Below, piece by piece: positions 37,664-50,705 of a DNA stretch of 64,000 nt (position 1 is the stretch's first letter; each line of letters starts with the position of its first letter). The notes below the pieces were generated by a model. It was not told the origin of the DNA, searched no databases, and saw nothing but the letters and a program-made list of their open reading frames with translations. The stretch is from NCBI RefSeq assembly GCF_018350175.1, contig NC_058369.1, positions 21,826,001-21,890,000 of the forward strand, given 5' to 3'. The stretch is from Felis catus. Lineage: Eukaryota. A program made the position numbers and the translations under genes.

Positions 37664-39182
37664 ACGTGGATTGATGAAGTTAAGTAATTTTATTGTTGCA
37701 GCCATCCAGAAAGAACACGGGCTTTGATGACCTGAATTCTGCCTATGTCACTTACAAACTTGTGACTCTTGAGCAAGTTTCTTAACTTCTCTGGGACTCT
37801 TGTCTCCTCACTATAAGTCAGAAATAAGGTGTTAGGAACTACACCTTTGCTTAATCAATTACAGAATCTGCAGTCTTCCCAACCCTCGTCACAGCCTCAT
37901 AGGGGTCTCATGACTGCCAAAAGGCCCTTTGATGAGTATAGAATATACTACTTCCAGAATATTCAACAGAATCACCAACCTAAGCCCTTGGCTAGTGTAG
38001 GCATTTTCTCTGCAAGATTTTACCTTTTCCTTGTGGGGGTGGGGGTGGGGTGTTGTATAAATCAAAACTAAAAAATAAAATAAAACAACACAATTTATTT
38101 AGAACTGGGAAAAATGAGAGCACAGTTTTCTAGTAACTCCAAAAACGGACATGAGTGAAAGAAGCTGGATCTGAAGGTATAACGAGTGAAACGGGTCAGT
38201 GTTTTAGTGATATTTCCCACAAGACAATGACAGAAGAGCAGCCACAGAATCAGGTATAATTACCTGTATACACAATCAGACACTAATTAACTTTTTGTTT
38301 AAAGAACAAATCCCTTAACAACTCAATAGCTTGCAGCCTTGACAAGACTATTTTCCACATTTGAGACTAGGTAGACAAAACATAGACCCAAGAGAGGCCA
38401 TCACACTCCCAGAATCACTTCACCCTGCCTTGTCACTTCTCCCTGATACAGCTGTTCCTTTAAATACCTTCCCCGAGCTCCTCTTGTAGACTGTTTCTAA
38501 TACACCCACAGTGTTGTACTTGACCTTTTCAGGCCTTTCTCTAGTCTGAAAACAAGCTGATGTGCTCTCGCATTTCTAATTAGCAATACCAGAAACCATA
38601 CAGCCCTTAGAAAATAATTCAGTGCCTCAACTAACTGGGGAATTGGACAACTTCGGTTAAGTGAGTTTTCTGTTCAACTAAGGAAACCTTTGTTTCAACT
38701 TCTTGTTGAAAATCTTTCTAGAATAAAATGCATTAGTGTACCTTTCTGCTTGAGAATATTCTAATTAACGTAATAAACACTCCTGACGATTTAAATTCTT
38801 ACCATCACAACAAATTAATCTAGGATACTATAGTGGGGTTAAAGTTACAGCACATTTTTATGGTGACGTCAGGCTGTACTCCAGGTATCTGCTAGATGTG
38901 CACAAAAAAAGTCTGATCTACCTTTCCAGATAACCGAGGCTCTGACTAGTGAAATTCTGGTTAATCGTGATTTAATTCTATTTGTGCTATGTTGCACTTT
39001 CAACTCCACAGGAACCTTTGCTTGTGAAAGAAATACTATGATTCACATTAGGCTTATGCTAAATAGTTATGAAATCCATGGGTCTCTGATAATTTTCCAG
39101 ACTACTTTCAAACTTTTGTTAGAAGCAATAGCTAGATTAAGTTTCCAGGTAGTAAGGAGCAGAATTAAGCCAATTTCCCTTA

Positions 39183-39213
<31 letters not shown>

Positions 39214-40439
39214 CAAAACTGGATCTGTGTTTCGCTGCAGAATCTTCCCTTTAATAGAAAGTTCAGCACAAAGAAAGCTGCCATCTGAAGTAATTCTGCT
39301 GTTAACATTAGTTCCAGTATGTCCCCAGAAATTAAATCTCAGAGAGGAACTTTCTGGACAAATAGTTCACTGCAAAATCAAGAGACTCTATTTCACTCAG
39401 ATACATAAAGTGAGCTGTGGAGAAGAGTTTGGGGCTTCTGTCTCTGAAAGAACATCCTTTCTCACTCAGGGAATTAAAAGCTGCCTAATTTCCAGAGCTA
39501 CTTCTATTTTACACTGAAGACATTCCTTCAATACTAGTTACCGCCCAGTCAAGTGAAATCCAAAGAGTAACTTGTCCTTTTTAAGTGAGAAGTAACATCT
39601 CTCTGGCAATCTCCTTGGATGATAGTGACAGTCGCTCTGCTACCACAACCAGGTCTGATCTACCTACACTCAGTGCCAAACAAACTGCCTTTCTTCTGCC
39701 CTCAAACACTCGTATCTTCAACACCCATACTGAAATACAGGAATTGAGGTTACTTTTTAGTATCTTACTTCTTGAAAGAGCTTTGTGGACTGTATGCAAC
39801 CATTCTGAGGAGTCTGTAAAATGCCTGAAAGGTCTCTAGAAGTCGCTCTACAACTGAGTAGCTGCCACTTGCATCTGAGTCACAGCTGACTTAACTGCTT
39901 TCCTGCCGTACGTAGGTTACTGTATCATTAACAGCGAGTACAACAGCTCGTGGCCCAGAATTTGGACCCAGCAGACACTCAATAAACAGACTGAAAAATA
40001 ACACTCCCAGGGCAAAAGATAGTACTTGCTTTAGGGACAGAAATATCAGTATCAGTCCCCATCCTGTATCTCTCAAACTAAGTTCTATTTCTGTTGTTCA
40101 GGGGCATGGACAGCCAATAATTGAATGTCACAACCAAAACAAAGGGTGAAACTTACTTTCATAAAACAAACAATAGGAATATAATGTAATGCTATTATAT
40201 GGAATAGTTTATTTAACTAAAACAATATAAATGTTACTGTATACAAAAGTGTATACTGTTTCAATTTTAGAAGCTCAATTTAAAAGGCTTGATCTTACTA
40301 AGAGACTCATTTATAACCATAAGAGCATAGATTATGTTTTTTATTATTAACTTGCAAATCCAAAAATAGTGTGATAGAAACTAAAGTCACTCAATTTTAA
40401 TTGTAAACATATGAACCATAATAAGACAGATATACTTAC

Positions 40440-40567
40440 AGCTTGCATTTCTATACAGAAGAAATGGTTCATGGAGCTGAAATTCCAAATCTTTATTCAC
40501 TGGTTCAACCAGATTGTGCATATTCAGTCGATTCACAATGGTAAAACCATGGTAAGGTGAGGCTGAC
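40440..40567 (-). CDS. DCP1A: DCP1A coding exon 3 (128 nt, (R)SASPYHGFTIVNRLNMHNLVEPVNKDLEFQLHEPFLLYRNAS)
   Basis: Overlaps ORF 40387..40626 and includes the NR loop (IVNRLN) of Dcp1. Acceptor CTAAG|G, donor GCT|GTAAGT; phases consistent. Confidence 0.96.
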
Positions 40568-40739
40568 CTTAGATTTGACAAAAAACAACAACAACAACAA
40601 AAAAAACCAAACAACCCTGTAGTCACTGTTTAATTCACAGAAATGTTATCTACTTCTTTATTTCCATTTCAAAGAATAACTACATTATTGCATTACACAA
40701 CATTGTTAGCACTTAAAATTGTAAAAAAAAAAATTTAAG

Positions 40740-41240
40740 ACAGATCATATCCCTCCTCTTCTCAGAAGTTTCCAAGGGCTTAGTCCCTCAGACTGAAGGC
40801 CGATGGCCTTGCTAAGGCCACCAGGGCCTTGGCTGGTATGTGTCCTCCTTGCCTTCCTCTCCTCTGCCTCTTCCCTTGTTCTCTTGCTCCAGCCACACCG
40901 AGCTCTTCACTTTCCCTACAGGAGAGCACTTCTACCTAAAGACCCTTGCCTGGAACACTTGTCCCGAATCTAGTTATCTCACCCCCTGCAAGCTTCTCCT
41001 CAAATACCACTTTCTCAGTGACACTTACCTAAGAACTACTCTTTCTCAGGTTCCCAGCCTGCTCCCAAGTTCAATACCTCCAGCCCACCTCTTTTTTCCC
41101 ATACCACTTATTATTTTTTATATTTACTGTCTTTCTCCACTAGAATGTAAACTCCACACAAATAGGGTTCTTGTCTTGTTTTTTTGCAGTTGTATCCCAA
41201 GATAGATAGCCAGTAGATGTTTAATAAACATTCGCTCAAC
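40740..41240 (+). mobile_element. L2 3' fragment
   Basis: ctccactagaatgtaaactcc...ttgtatccc...taataaacattcgc L2 3'-end pattern. Confidence 0.65.
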
Positions 41241-42688
41241 AAAAATATCACTTATTTTAAATACGGTACAGACTTGGTTGTAGTATAGACTGTCAACCGT
41301 AACAATCATGATTGTTTCTTACACCAAACAGGTCTTTCCACAGTTCTCCTGAGTTAGACAGAAAATGCATCGAATCCTATAATAACAAATGTCCTTGGTT
41401 CTCCTATCAGGGTGAGTCAGTACATGACCCTTTAGACACTCCTCACATGTATACAACATTTCACAGTTTCTCATTCATTTCTCTGTGTACATGGGAGAGA
41501 TTTTAGAATACTACTCTACAGATTAGGAAATAAACTCAGAATGATTAAGGCTTTTGTCCAAAGTCACACAAATAATGTGACTAGAATTCAGCTTTAGGTT
41601 TTCTGACTCCAAATCCAGGCTTCTTCTAGACTAAGGTCTCTGCAAAGTGATATTCTGACACTGTGGCAGATCTTAATCCAAGGCACATAAAATATTCTCA
41701 CATTTCCCAAATAGTTTCATTGGTTTCCTTTTGTTAGGATCAACACTGTGTAAGCCTCTATGAATATTATGAAACCAAATCATTTATTATATACTAAACT
41801 TCATATTTTCTACAAACAGTGGACCTGTACTATTCTGTAACAGTAAGGCCAGGAAAGTACTTTCCAAATATCATAGATACCAAGGCTCTAACTACAATGA
41901 GTTTCTAGAGATTTACATAGGTAATAAAGAATAATGAAGTAGGTGAAGGATAAAGGCTTTTTTTTTTTTTTTTTTTTTAAAGGAGAAAGATGAAGGGCAG
42001 GGAACAAAGTGGCAAAGACTAAAGAGCTGCTATAGTTAATATGTAATATCAAAGCACTTACATACAAAGGAAAAAAAAAGCAGTGTATTTGGACAAGATC
42101 TCAAAGCCATACACCAGAATTTAGAGAATATTTGACAAATTCTTGTTAATTACCATCAATGGAGAAAGGCAATCCTTAAAAGATAACTGCTAATACAAAA
42201 AGGTGGGGAGGACCAGATGTCAGCAATAATTCCTGCTGAATCCCTCTGCTTTAGAAACCATGGGAAAGAACCTGCCCCAGTCAGAGTAAGACCTAAGGGA
42301 GATCCAGAAAAATAAGGACTCATGACTATCCTTTCCTGTCAGTTACAGTTAGGACACAAAAGTTGCCTAATAAAACAAAAGCTGTAGTTTGTAAACCAAT
42401 CCTGTTTTACATAATGACCTCTCAGAAAAGTTGAAAATATAAAGTGTGCAACTGAGTAATCCAGGCTTTCTAAATGACTCTCAAGCTAAAATTACACATT
42501 ACTAGCTCTGAATCATAGGAAGGCTCAAAGAAGGGACATAACTTCGTTAGAATCTCACAGCTACAAATGGATGAATAGGGACAAGCAGGAAGGTTCCAAA
42601 GACAAATGTACAACAACGCTGAACTTTATAGGACACTATTCACCATTAGATTAAAAATAGACATGTATCATTTTTTTAAAAAGCTTAC

Positions 42689-42729
42689 CTTCGATATACA
42701 AATAAGGTCCCTTCTATATCAGTCTTCTC
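42689..42729 (-). CDS. DCP1A: DCP1A coding exon 2 (41 nt, EKTDIEGTLFVYR+AG)
   Basis: Acceptor TAG|GAG and donor AAG|GTAAGC. The peptide is the conserved EGTLFVY motif of Dcp1 and the phase continues from exon 1. Confidence 0.96.
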
Positions 42730-42984
42730 CTATAATAGACAATGAGTCAATTAGTTTTTTTCCCCCATACTTCAACCCCAAATGGTCCTAATGGAGAAGA
42801 AATAATTCATGTTTAAAATGAGCTTATTTATTTTAAAATTACTCACTTTGGAACAGGTCAAGTAACTCTTTTACTCCACAAACTACTGTTACCAGTTTCT
42901 TTCTTATCCTTTCTATGCTATTAATGCATACTAATGTATACACAATGTTCAATACAGCAACATGTCTATTATCTGCAACATTTT

Positions 42985-43028
42985 TCTTTTTAAAATTAAA
43001 AAAAAATTTTTAATGTTTATTTATTTTT

Positions 43029-43068
<40 letters not shown>

Positions 43069-43185
43069 ATCGGAAGCAGGCTCCAGGCTCTGAGCTGTCA
43101 GCACAGAGCCTGACTCGGGGCTCAAACTCATAGACCACAAGATCATGACCTGAACTGAAACCACTGGACGCTTAACAGGTGCCCC
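42985..43185 (-). mobile_element. SINEC
   Basis: SINEC consensus motifs. Confidence 0.85.
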
Positions 43186-44599
43186 AAAACATTGATGATA
43201 GTTTTAATTTTATCTTTGGTTCATTGAAGCAACATAGTTTGTGAGAAGTTACAACTCATTGTAAAATAACAAAGAAAAAGTTTTGCTTATGTTCTATGTG
43301 CCATTATCCAAATGAATGAATAACGGCAGCTTATTTTTCAATTCAGATTATGGCTTGCATTTCATATGTAAAGCAGGACTCCACAATTAAAATTCCACAA
43401 CACTGAAAATCCGTGAAAAACTAGAAATAAAAGCTTGTTAGTCATAAGTTCCTGCCCCCAAGTCTTCACCATTTGTCTGCAATTCACAGCTCACAAATTT
43501 ATATGCAGACCAAATAAAGTAAAATGATTCAGAACAATTCAAACTAAGGCAATGTCTAAAACAGCTACACTAAAAAAAAAAATTCTATAATTTTGTTCTT
43601 TTTGACTTTCCATATCTCCTTCTCTTCCAGGAGGTAAAGGAAAGAAGATAAAGTAAAGCAAGAGGATTCTGAACACTTTCTTCATCTGAATTAAGTGTTT
43701 ATAAATGTCAAATCATTCTTACAAAATTATTGATTAAATATAACCTATGTTTCTGTTTTATACCTCAAAGAATATATTACAATAATATTTCAGAGCTTTG
43801 TTAGTATAAGCATTTCATTTCTTACTGAAATGTGAACATTAGTCATTTATGAACTCAATCCAACAAACATTTACAGATTATTTGACAAATGTAAAGCCTA
43901 AAGCTGAATGAGCAAATTACTGAGGGTCAATTACTAAAAACTGGAAATTACATTACTTTTAAACAGGGGTTCACAAGTCAGAGAACAGATTGAATGTAAC
44001 TTTTCAGACACCCTCCCGTGCAAAAAAAGCCAAAAAGTACTTAGTCTGAAGGGAGCATTCAGAGGTGACATCACCAGCAGCACAGCTGGAACGAAACACA
44101 TTTACAGGGTCTTTTTTCCAAAGGTTTCAAGGGAATCCAATTAACATGGAAGCCCTTTTCCTAAGTGCCTTGAAATCTTTTCCAAAACTCTGGAAACAGA
44201 GTGCAGTTAGATAAAAGCCGGATTTATCCCCACCACCTCCCTTCCAAGAATTGAAACTAATTGGATTTCAAGCTTTAAATCCAAATGACCTCTATGAAGG
44301 GGGCTCTTATTTACGTGCTTGTTGGGGGAGAGCACGGGTGTTTATAGATTATGTATATGTACTTTACCTAATAACCCTCACAGCTTCAAACGCAATCTTT
44401 CAGGTATCTTTCTGACCCCACCGTTCTCATCCTCCAACACATCTGCAAAGAAGGCAGATCGCCCATGTCCCCGGACCCGACCCCATGGGACTGATCCTCC
44501 TGCAATCCTCCCCTCTATCGGCTTTTCCCTCGGGACGTCTTGGGCCTACTTCTCTCGCTCCTCTCTCCCAATCCTCGAAGCCCCTGACACCTTTCAGGG

Positions 44600-45400
44600 A
44601 CCGGCCTGTCTCTTCTCCAGTCCCTGGCCTCTCCTCTGCCGCCCTGGCCTCCGGAATCGTCCCCAACCCAGGACAGTCCGCGCGGTCCCTTTAAGAGGCG
44701 GTGGCCGGGCGGGCGACCTCAGCGGCCTGGCCGCACTCACCCACTGGTTGGCCTTGGGGCAGAAGGTGTACAGAGCGACCTGGCCCGTGAGGTCTGCGAT
44801 GCTGGTGATGTAGGGGTCGTGCTGCTTCAGGGCCGCAAGGCTCATCTCCTGCCCAGCTCGGCTCAGCGACTCCATCTTGAATTCCGGAGCCGAGCCCCTC
44901 CAGCGGGGGCGGAGTCGCGGGCAGGATGGTGCCATCCAGGCAAGGTTCCCCCAGCTGCGTCAGCACCCTCAACTTCCGCTTCTCCTTCGGGCCTCGCGGC
45001 GGGGCGGTACAACAGCTATTATGCTCCGCTGTGTCCACGGCCCGGGCGCCGGGTTCCGGGATCGTCGGGCTCCTAGGGTCCGGCGTGTCTTTGGCGGCCG
45101 AGCTTGCCGGCGGGGGCGCAGGCGCATCCTGTACTCGGGTTAAAATGTCCTGTCGGCGGGATCGAGGCTGCCCTCGAGCTTTCTATGGGGTCCTGCCGGA
45201 CGAGGCAGCAGGCCGACGCGGGGGCAGCCTGCGCTTGAGGACGCGCAGGCCGGGCCGCGGAACGAAAAGCCGGCTGTGCCTGTGCGGCACTCCACAGGTC
45301 GTGGGGGGAAAGCACCGAGAAGCTGGGAGCAGGGAGGGCGGGTACCCTGAAAGTCGCCCCAGGTCTCGGATCTCACTGGATCACTATCGCCAGCAATTTG
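44600..45400. promoter_or_regulatory. CpG-island promoter of DCP1A
   Basis: Sharp rise in GC and CpG around exon 1. GC boxes (GGGGCGG at ~44906 and ~45001), ETS/GABP-like ACTTCCG at 44972-44978, CRE-like half site GCGTCA at ~44957, no evident TATA box. Confidence 0.9.
44741..44875 (-). CDS. DCP1A: DCP1A coding exon 1 (135 nt, MESLSRAGQEMSLAALKQHDPYITSIADLTGQVALYTFCPKANQW)
   Basis: Translation matches the DCP1A N-terminus and EVH1 start. ATG at 44875-44873 (AAGATGG); donor TGG|GTGAGT at 44740; inside a CpG island. Confidence 0.97.
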
Positions 45401-45804
45401 GTGTTTTTCGGTAGGAAAATTCTGAGAAAAGCCAAACTAAGCCTCCTGTAACTACACAGGAATGACTTGTGCAATTCACTTTTGCCTATTTTCCTCGTCT
45501 TGGTCTCATGTAACTCCTTCCATCCGGTCTTGGGAGGAGAGCACGAAGGCCTGGGTTTGTCCTATATCGATTAAAGCTTTAAAAAGATAAAGATAATACA
45601 TTATTTTAGCAAACATCTGTTGGGCATTTTAACACATTTTGAAGAGCCAGGTACTAGCTAAAGAGTAAAACAACGGAGACTATACGGAGCTCTGTTCACA
45701 CCACTCAACTTGTTTAAAAATTTTTTTTTCCTTACATTGAACAGATACCCCAATGGAATTGAATTTTTGAAAGGAAAAAAAAAAAACAACAACAAAAAAA
45801 CCCC

Positions 45805-45925
45805 GGGGTGCATGGGTGGCTCAGTTAAGCCTCGACTCTTGATTTCAGCTCAGGTCATGATCTCATGTTTCCTGAAACGGCGGTGGGGCCCTGGGCTGAC
45901 AGCATGGAGCCTGCTTGGGACGCAC

Positions 45926-45963
<38 letters not shown>

Positions 45964-46045
45964 CCTCCCCCCCCTCCTCTCTCTCTTTCTCCCCCCCTTA
46001 CCCCACTCACACTCGTACTCAAAATAAATAAACTTAAAAAAAAAA
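45805..46045 (+). mobile_element. SINEC
   Basis: SINEC consensus motifs, (CT)n. Confidence 0.85.
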
Positions 46046-47149
46046 GCCCTGTAATATTTATATTTATGATTTTACATTTGTGAATGGGAAGAGACTTCAT
46101 GTCTTACATTCTTTGCAGTATCACGTGAGAAGCATGTGCAAAGGCAGACAGGAAGCGTGTCAGTCATTCACTGTTCCTTAAGTATCCGGAACTTTTAGGT
46201 GTGAGCTGGTGTCACAGGAGGGTTGGAGAGACGCTGGTCTTTGTCTCACGGAGTCGAATGAATCTTGTGGAAACAGCGAAGCGATAGTTTGAGGGAAAGT
46301 ATAACGCTCTAAAGAGTGAGATGTATCCCGGCTGGGTAGCTGCTGAAGAATTTTGTCCCTGACTTCTTATTGGGACCTTATCAGAAAGTTTGTGAGACTG
46401 CAGGCATGGCACCTAGCCCAGGTAGGTCTGGAATACCTTCATCCTTTTTTTTTTCCTTCCAAACCTGGCCTTTTCTTCAGCCTCCCACTTGTAGCTGCAG
46501 TCTGCCTCCCTGAAGGTCCTTTCTCTCCCTCTGCCTAATGTTAACCCTTTCCCTTTTCACCGGTAGCCCCTCGGGAGCTTTAAAGACTGTTTAAGACAAC
46601 TTCCTGGCTCCGGGAGAAACAAGTAGGACAATGTAAGGAAACTGGGACCAGGCTAGAGATGTTGCTCTTGAAACCCAGAGGATTTCACTCCATCTGGTCA
46701 GGAGAGTCTAGGAAGGCTTCATGGAGGAGATGATGTTTGCATTAGTGCTCCAGGGTGAGTAGGAGTTCACCAGAGAAGAAAGGCAAGGGCTCCCTTTCAT
46801 TTTACAGTCTAATGGTGAGCTAGGGAAGGTGTGATCATCCTCATTTGGCGGGTGATTTAATTGAAGCTGGATGGAGAAATCACTGGCTCAGTTCCACACT
46901 AGTCTGGGGGCATCTGGTATTAGAATCCAGAGACTCCTGCCTTCCCCCAGGGCTCCCTTCCTATACACCATGGCTACCTTTCTTCATCATTGAGAATGAG
47001 TCTTACTCCCACCTACTTTCAATAAAATAATTAAAAATCTGTGCCCTAATTTAAAAAATATATGTATTTTTTGAATAGATAATGCAAGCCCTTGGAATAA
47101 AATTCAAAGACACACCTGAAACTTAAGTGATTTTTTTTCTCTTAAAAAA

Positions 47150-47410
47150 TTATTACTTTATTGAGGTATAGTTGACACATAGCATTGTATTAGTTTCAAG
47201 TGTATGGTATACTAATTTGTTATTTGTATACATTGCAAAATGATTACCACAACAGTCCAGCTAACATCTGTCACCATGACTAGTTACAAATTTTTTTTTC
47301 TTGTGGTAAGAACTTTCAAGATCCCCTCTCCTAGCTACTTTCAAATATGTAACATAGTGTTATTAACTATAGTCATCATGCTGTACATTACATCCCCATG
47401 ACTTATTCAT
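47150..47410 (-). mobile_element. Carnivore L1 3'-end fragment
   Basis: attgaggtatagttgacacatagcattgtattagtttcaag...catgctgtacattacatcccc. Confidence 0.75.
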
Positions 47411-47885
47411 TTTTTTCTTACATAGATTTACCAATATTCAGATGGAAAATTGCTTCAAAAATGCATGTTTGCATGGCCCAAAACGTGTTAATGTTGACTG
47501 TAATGCTCTGTACAGTTCTCAAGATATATTAAGGACAATGTGAATACTTTGGAATTGAAACTCTTCCCCCTTTGCTTTGATGCATGGTTTTGCCTTGTGT
47601 TTGTGAACCAAACCTTAAGATCTTTCTTGTGTCTTAGACTACAGGCTAAGGGCAGCGAGTGCATCTTTGTTGGGTCTCTAGTATTTAGTATTTATGCCCC
47701 CGGCATAGAGTAGATTCTCCATAAATATTCATGAGTGAATGCCATCTTCAAACCCAACGCCTAAAAGGCCATGGAGGAGACTACTTGGAGAAGGGAGAGG
47801 TGGCTGGGCAGGTCAGAGATGGGAAAGTGTCTTCCTCTTCCCTGGAAGACCTGTCACTTTTGTGCTTCATGCATGTCAATTATTA

Positions 47886-48843
47886 TTATTTTTTATTTTT
47901 TTGTAATTTTTATAATTTACATCCAAATTAGTTAGCATATAGAGCAACAATGATTTCAGGAGTGGATTCCTTAGTGCACCTTACCCATTTAGCCCATCCC
48001 CCCCCCACAACCCCTTTAGCAACCCTGTTTGTTCTCCATATTTATGAGTCTCTTCTGTTTTGTCCCCTTCCCTGTTTTCATATTATTTTTGTTTCCCTTC
48101 CCTTATGTTCATCTGTTTTGTCTCTTAAAGTCCTCATATGAGTGAAGTCATATGATTTTTGTCTTTCTCTAATTTCACTTAGCATAGTGCCCTCCAGTTC
48201 CATCCACGTAGTTGCAAATGGCAAGATTTCATTCTTTTTGATTGCTGAGTAATACTCCACTGTGTATACATACCACATCTTCTTTATCCATTCATCCATT
48301 GAGGGACATTTGGTCTCTTTCCATACTTTGGCCATTGTTGATAGGGCTGCTATAAACATGGGGGTGCACGTGTCCCTTCGAAATAGCACACCTGTATCCC
48401 GTGGATAAATGCCTAATAGTGCCATTGCTGGGTCGTAGGGTAGTTCTATTTTTAGTTTTTTGAGGAAACTCCATACTGTTTTCCAGAGTGGCTGCACCAG
48501 CTTGCATTCCCAAGTATTGACATTTGAACAATATTTGTTCTTCCTACCCAGGTATATGGAATATTTTTCCATTTTTTGTGTCTTCTTCAATTTCTTTCAT
48601 AAGCTTTCTATAGTTTTCAGTGTATAGATTTTTCACCTGTTTGGTTAGATTTAATCCTAGGTATTTTGTGGTTTTTGCTATAATTGTAAATGGGATCGAT
48701 TCCTTGATTTCTCTTTCTGTTGCTTCATTGTTGGTATATGGGAATGCAGCCGATTTCTCTGCATTGATTTTATATCCTGCGACTTTGCTGAATTCATGAA
48801 TCAGTTCTAGCAGTTTTTTGGTGGAATCTTTTGGGTTTCCCAT
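47886..48843 (-). mobile_element. Young felid-type L1 fragment (ORF2 C-terminus plus 3' UTR) with an internal deletion
   Basis: ORFs 48078..48590 (WECKLVQPLWKTVW...ILPFATTWMELE) and 48544..48843 (NPKDSTKKLLELIHEFSKVAGYKIN) are L1 ORF2p segments. A-rich tail at ~47880-47900. Confidence 0.92.
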
Positions 48844-49339
48844 AGCTTTATGAAAGTATCCTAAAAGGTACTAGATGCTTTCTAGAATTGCATTTCTGAT
48901 ATGTGAACTAGTTTAGTCTGTCAGTTCTGGAGCAGACATACTAATGCTTTCAACCAGGGAGAAAGAAATCTCCATAAGGGGTAATGTAACTGGAATAAAA
49001 GCACATGGGATTAGCATACCATTTAGTTAATCTGTTTATTGTGTTTAACATGGTGTTCTTGATAATGTTCTTTGGGAGAAAGTTCTACATCCTTTGCCGT
49101 TACTTAACCCAATGGAACGTTTCACATTAACCATAGCATAGCAGTGGTATAAACACTAGCAGTATATTCAAAACTGATACATACTGCTTCTCCATGGAAC
49201 AGCAAAGTGCTTCATAGGTATACTCACTCGCAAACTCTCAAGATTGGTATATGGATGTAGATAATTGTTAGGCATTTGTAAATGAAGGCATCCAAAGGTA
49301 CAAGATGAGCTGATTTCCCTGAGGCAGAGATTGTACACT

Positions 49340-49762
49340 ATTCACCAGCAGTCATTTTTATCCTTTTCTGTTGCCTTCCCCACACAGATAGGTTTCATTT
49401 CCCAAACTCTTTTAGCTTAGGTACAGCTCTCTGATCCAATTCTGGCCAGTGGAATGTTGGCAGAAGTGATGTGTGGCTTCTCCAGGCCACAGCTTTAAGG
49501 AGCATGTTTCCCCTTGACTTGCTTTTCCCCTTTCTGTTGTCTGGGTGCAGGCAACCGTGGGGCCATGAAGAATGGCAGAGACCTAAGATGAAAGGGGTTG
49601 GGACCCTGAATCACCACAAAGAGGAGAGCTGCTTGCTGTCCAGGGTATCCTTCTCAGACTGTTAGATGATTGAGTAGACTGTGTTAGGTTTGGGAGATTA
49701 TGTACTTTGGGAGATTATGTACTTTTTTTGTTACCTCGGTCTAGCCTATCCCAACTAATTGT
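49340..49762 (+). mobile_element. MaLR LTR (MLT1-like)
   Basis: ttctggccagtggaatgttggcagaagtgatgtgtg and 3' ttgttac...tagcctatcccaactaat motifs. Confidence 0.65.
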
Positions 49763-50140
49763 ACTGCTCCAGATTGTTCAGAAAGTCAGCAATAAAACTT
49801 CAGGCTTCTGAAGTGGAATTAAAATTAAGCATATGATTTACCAGAAGATTGCTTAGTGCTTTGACAATAAGTCAAGACTTCAAGAGAACTCCAGCCAGAG
49901 CTCTGCATTAGCAATCAGTTATAAGCACAAATTTGCAGAGTCACAAAGTGGCTAAAGACCAAAAATATTCTTGCCTATACCATTAGGCAATTGATTTTGC
50001 AATTGCATCATGAAATAACCTACTAAAGCCAAATTGGGAGGCTGGCGTTTAAAATGTACTTCTGTATGACAGTTGCCACAGATGCTCTCAGACTTCTTTT
50101 AATTCTGTCTTTCTCCCTTGGGCGTATTAAAATGCAAGTA

Positions 50141-50697
50141 CCGTTGACACTTGAATAACATGAGTTTGAACTGTGTGGGTCCACATATGGGAAGGTTTTT
50201 TTTTTTTTTTGATAAATATAGTAACAGTACTATAAATATATTTTCTTGGGGCACCTGGGTAGCTTGGTAAGTTGAGCATCTGACTTTGGCTCAGGTCATG
50301 ATATCCTGATTCATGAATTCGAGCCCCGTGTTGGGCTCTATTCTGACAGCCCAGAGACTGGAGCCTGCTCCACATTCTGTGTCTCCCTCTCTCTGTCCCT
50401 CCCCCACTCACACTCTGTCTTTCTCTCTCTCTCTCAAAAATAAACAAACGTTAAAAAATTGACAAAATATGTCTTCTCTTCCTTATGATTTTCTTAATGA
50501 CATTTTCTTTTTTCTAGCGTACTTTACTGTAAGAAGATAGCATATAATACATATAACATACAAAAATTGTTCATGTTACTGGTAAAGCTTTGTCAACAGT
50601 AGCAGTTAAGTTTTTGGGGGAGTCGAAAGTTTTACCTGGGTTTTCAACTGTGTGGGGGTTTGCCGCTCCAACCTATGTGTTGTTCAAGAATCAACTG
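50141..50697. mobile_element. Tigger2a-like (TcMar) DNA transposon with nested SINE
   Basis: TIRs ccgttgacacttgaataaca / tgttgttcaagaatcaactg, flanked by TA dinucleotides at 50139-50140 and 50698-50699. Confidence 0.8.
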
Positions 50698-50705
50698 TAT
50701 TTCTT

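Noticed and set aside
38984..39517. 177-aa + strand ORF
   Set aside because: Non-ATG start, runs through poly(A) and (CA)n, no recognisable domain; antisense within an intron.
44319..45414. Multiple long overlapping ORFs around exon 1
   Set aside because: Expected from stop-codon scarcity in a CpG island; only the DCP1A frame is recognisable.
49688..49725. Direct repeat TTTGGGAGATTATGTACTT x2
   Set aside because: Simple tandem duplication inside an MLT1 LTR; no spacer or array structure.
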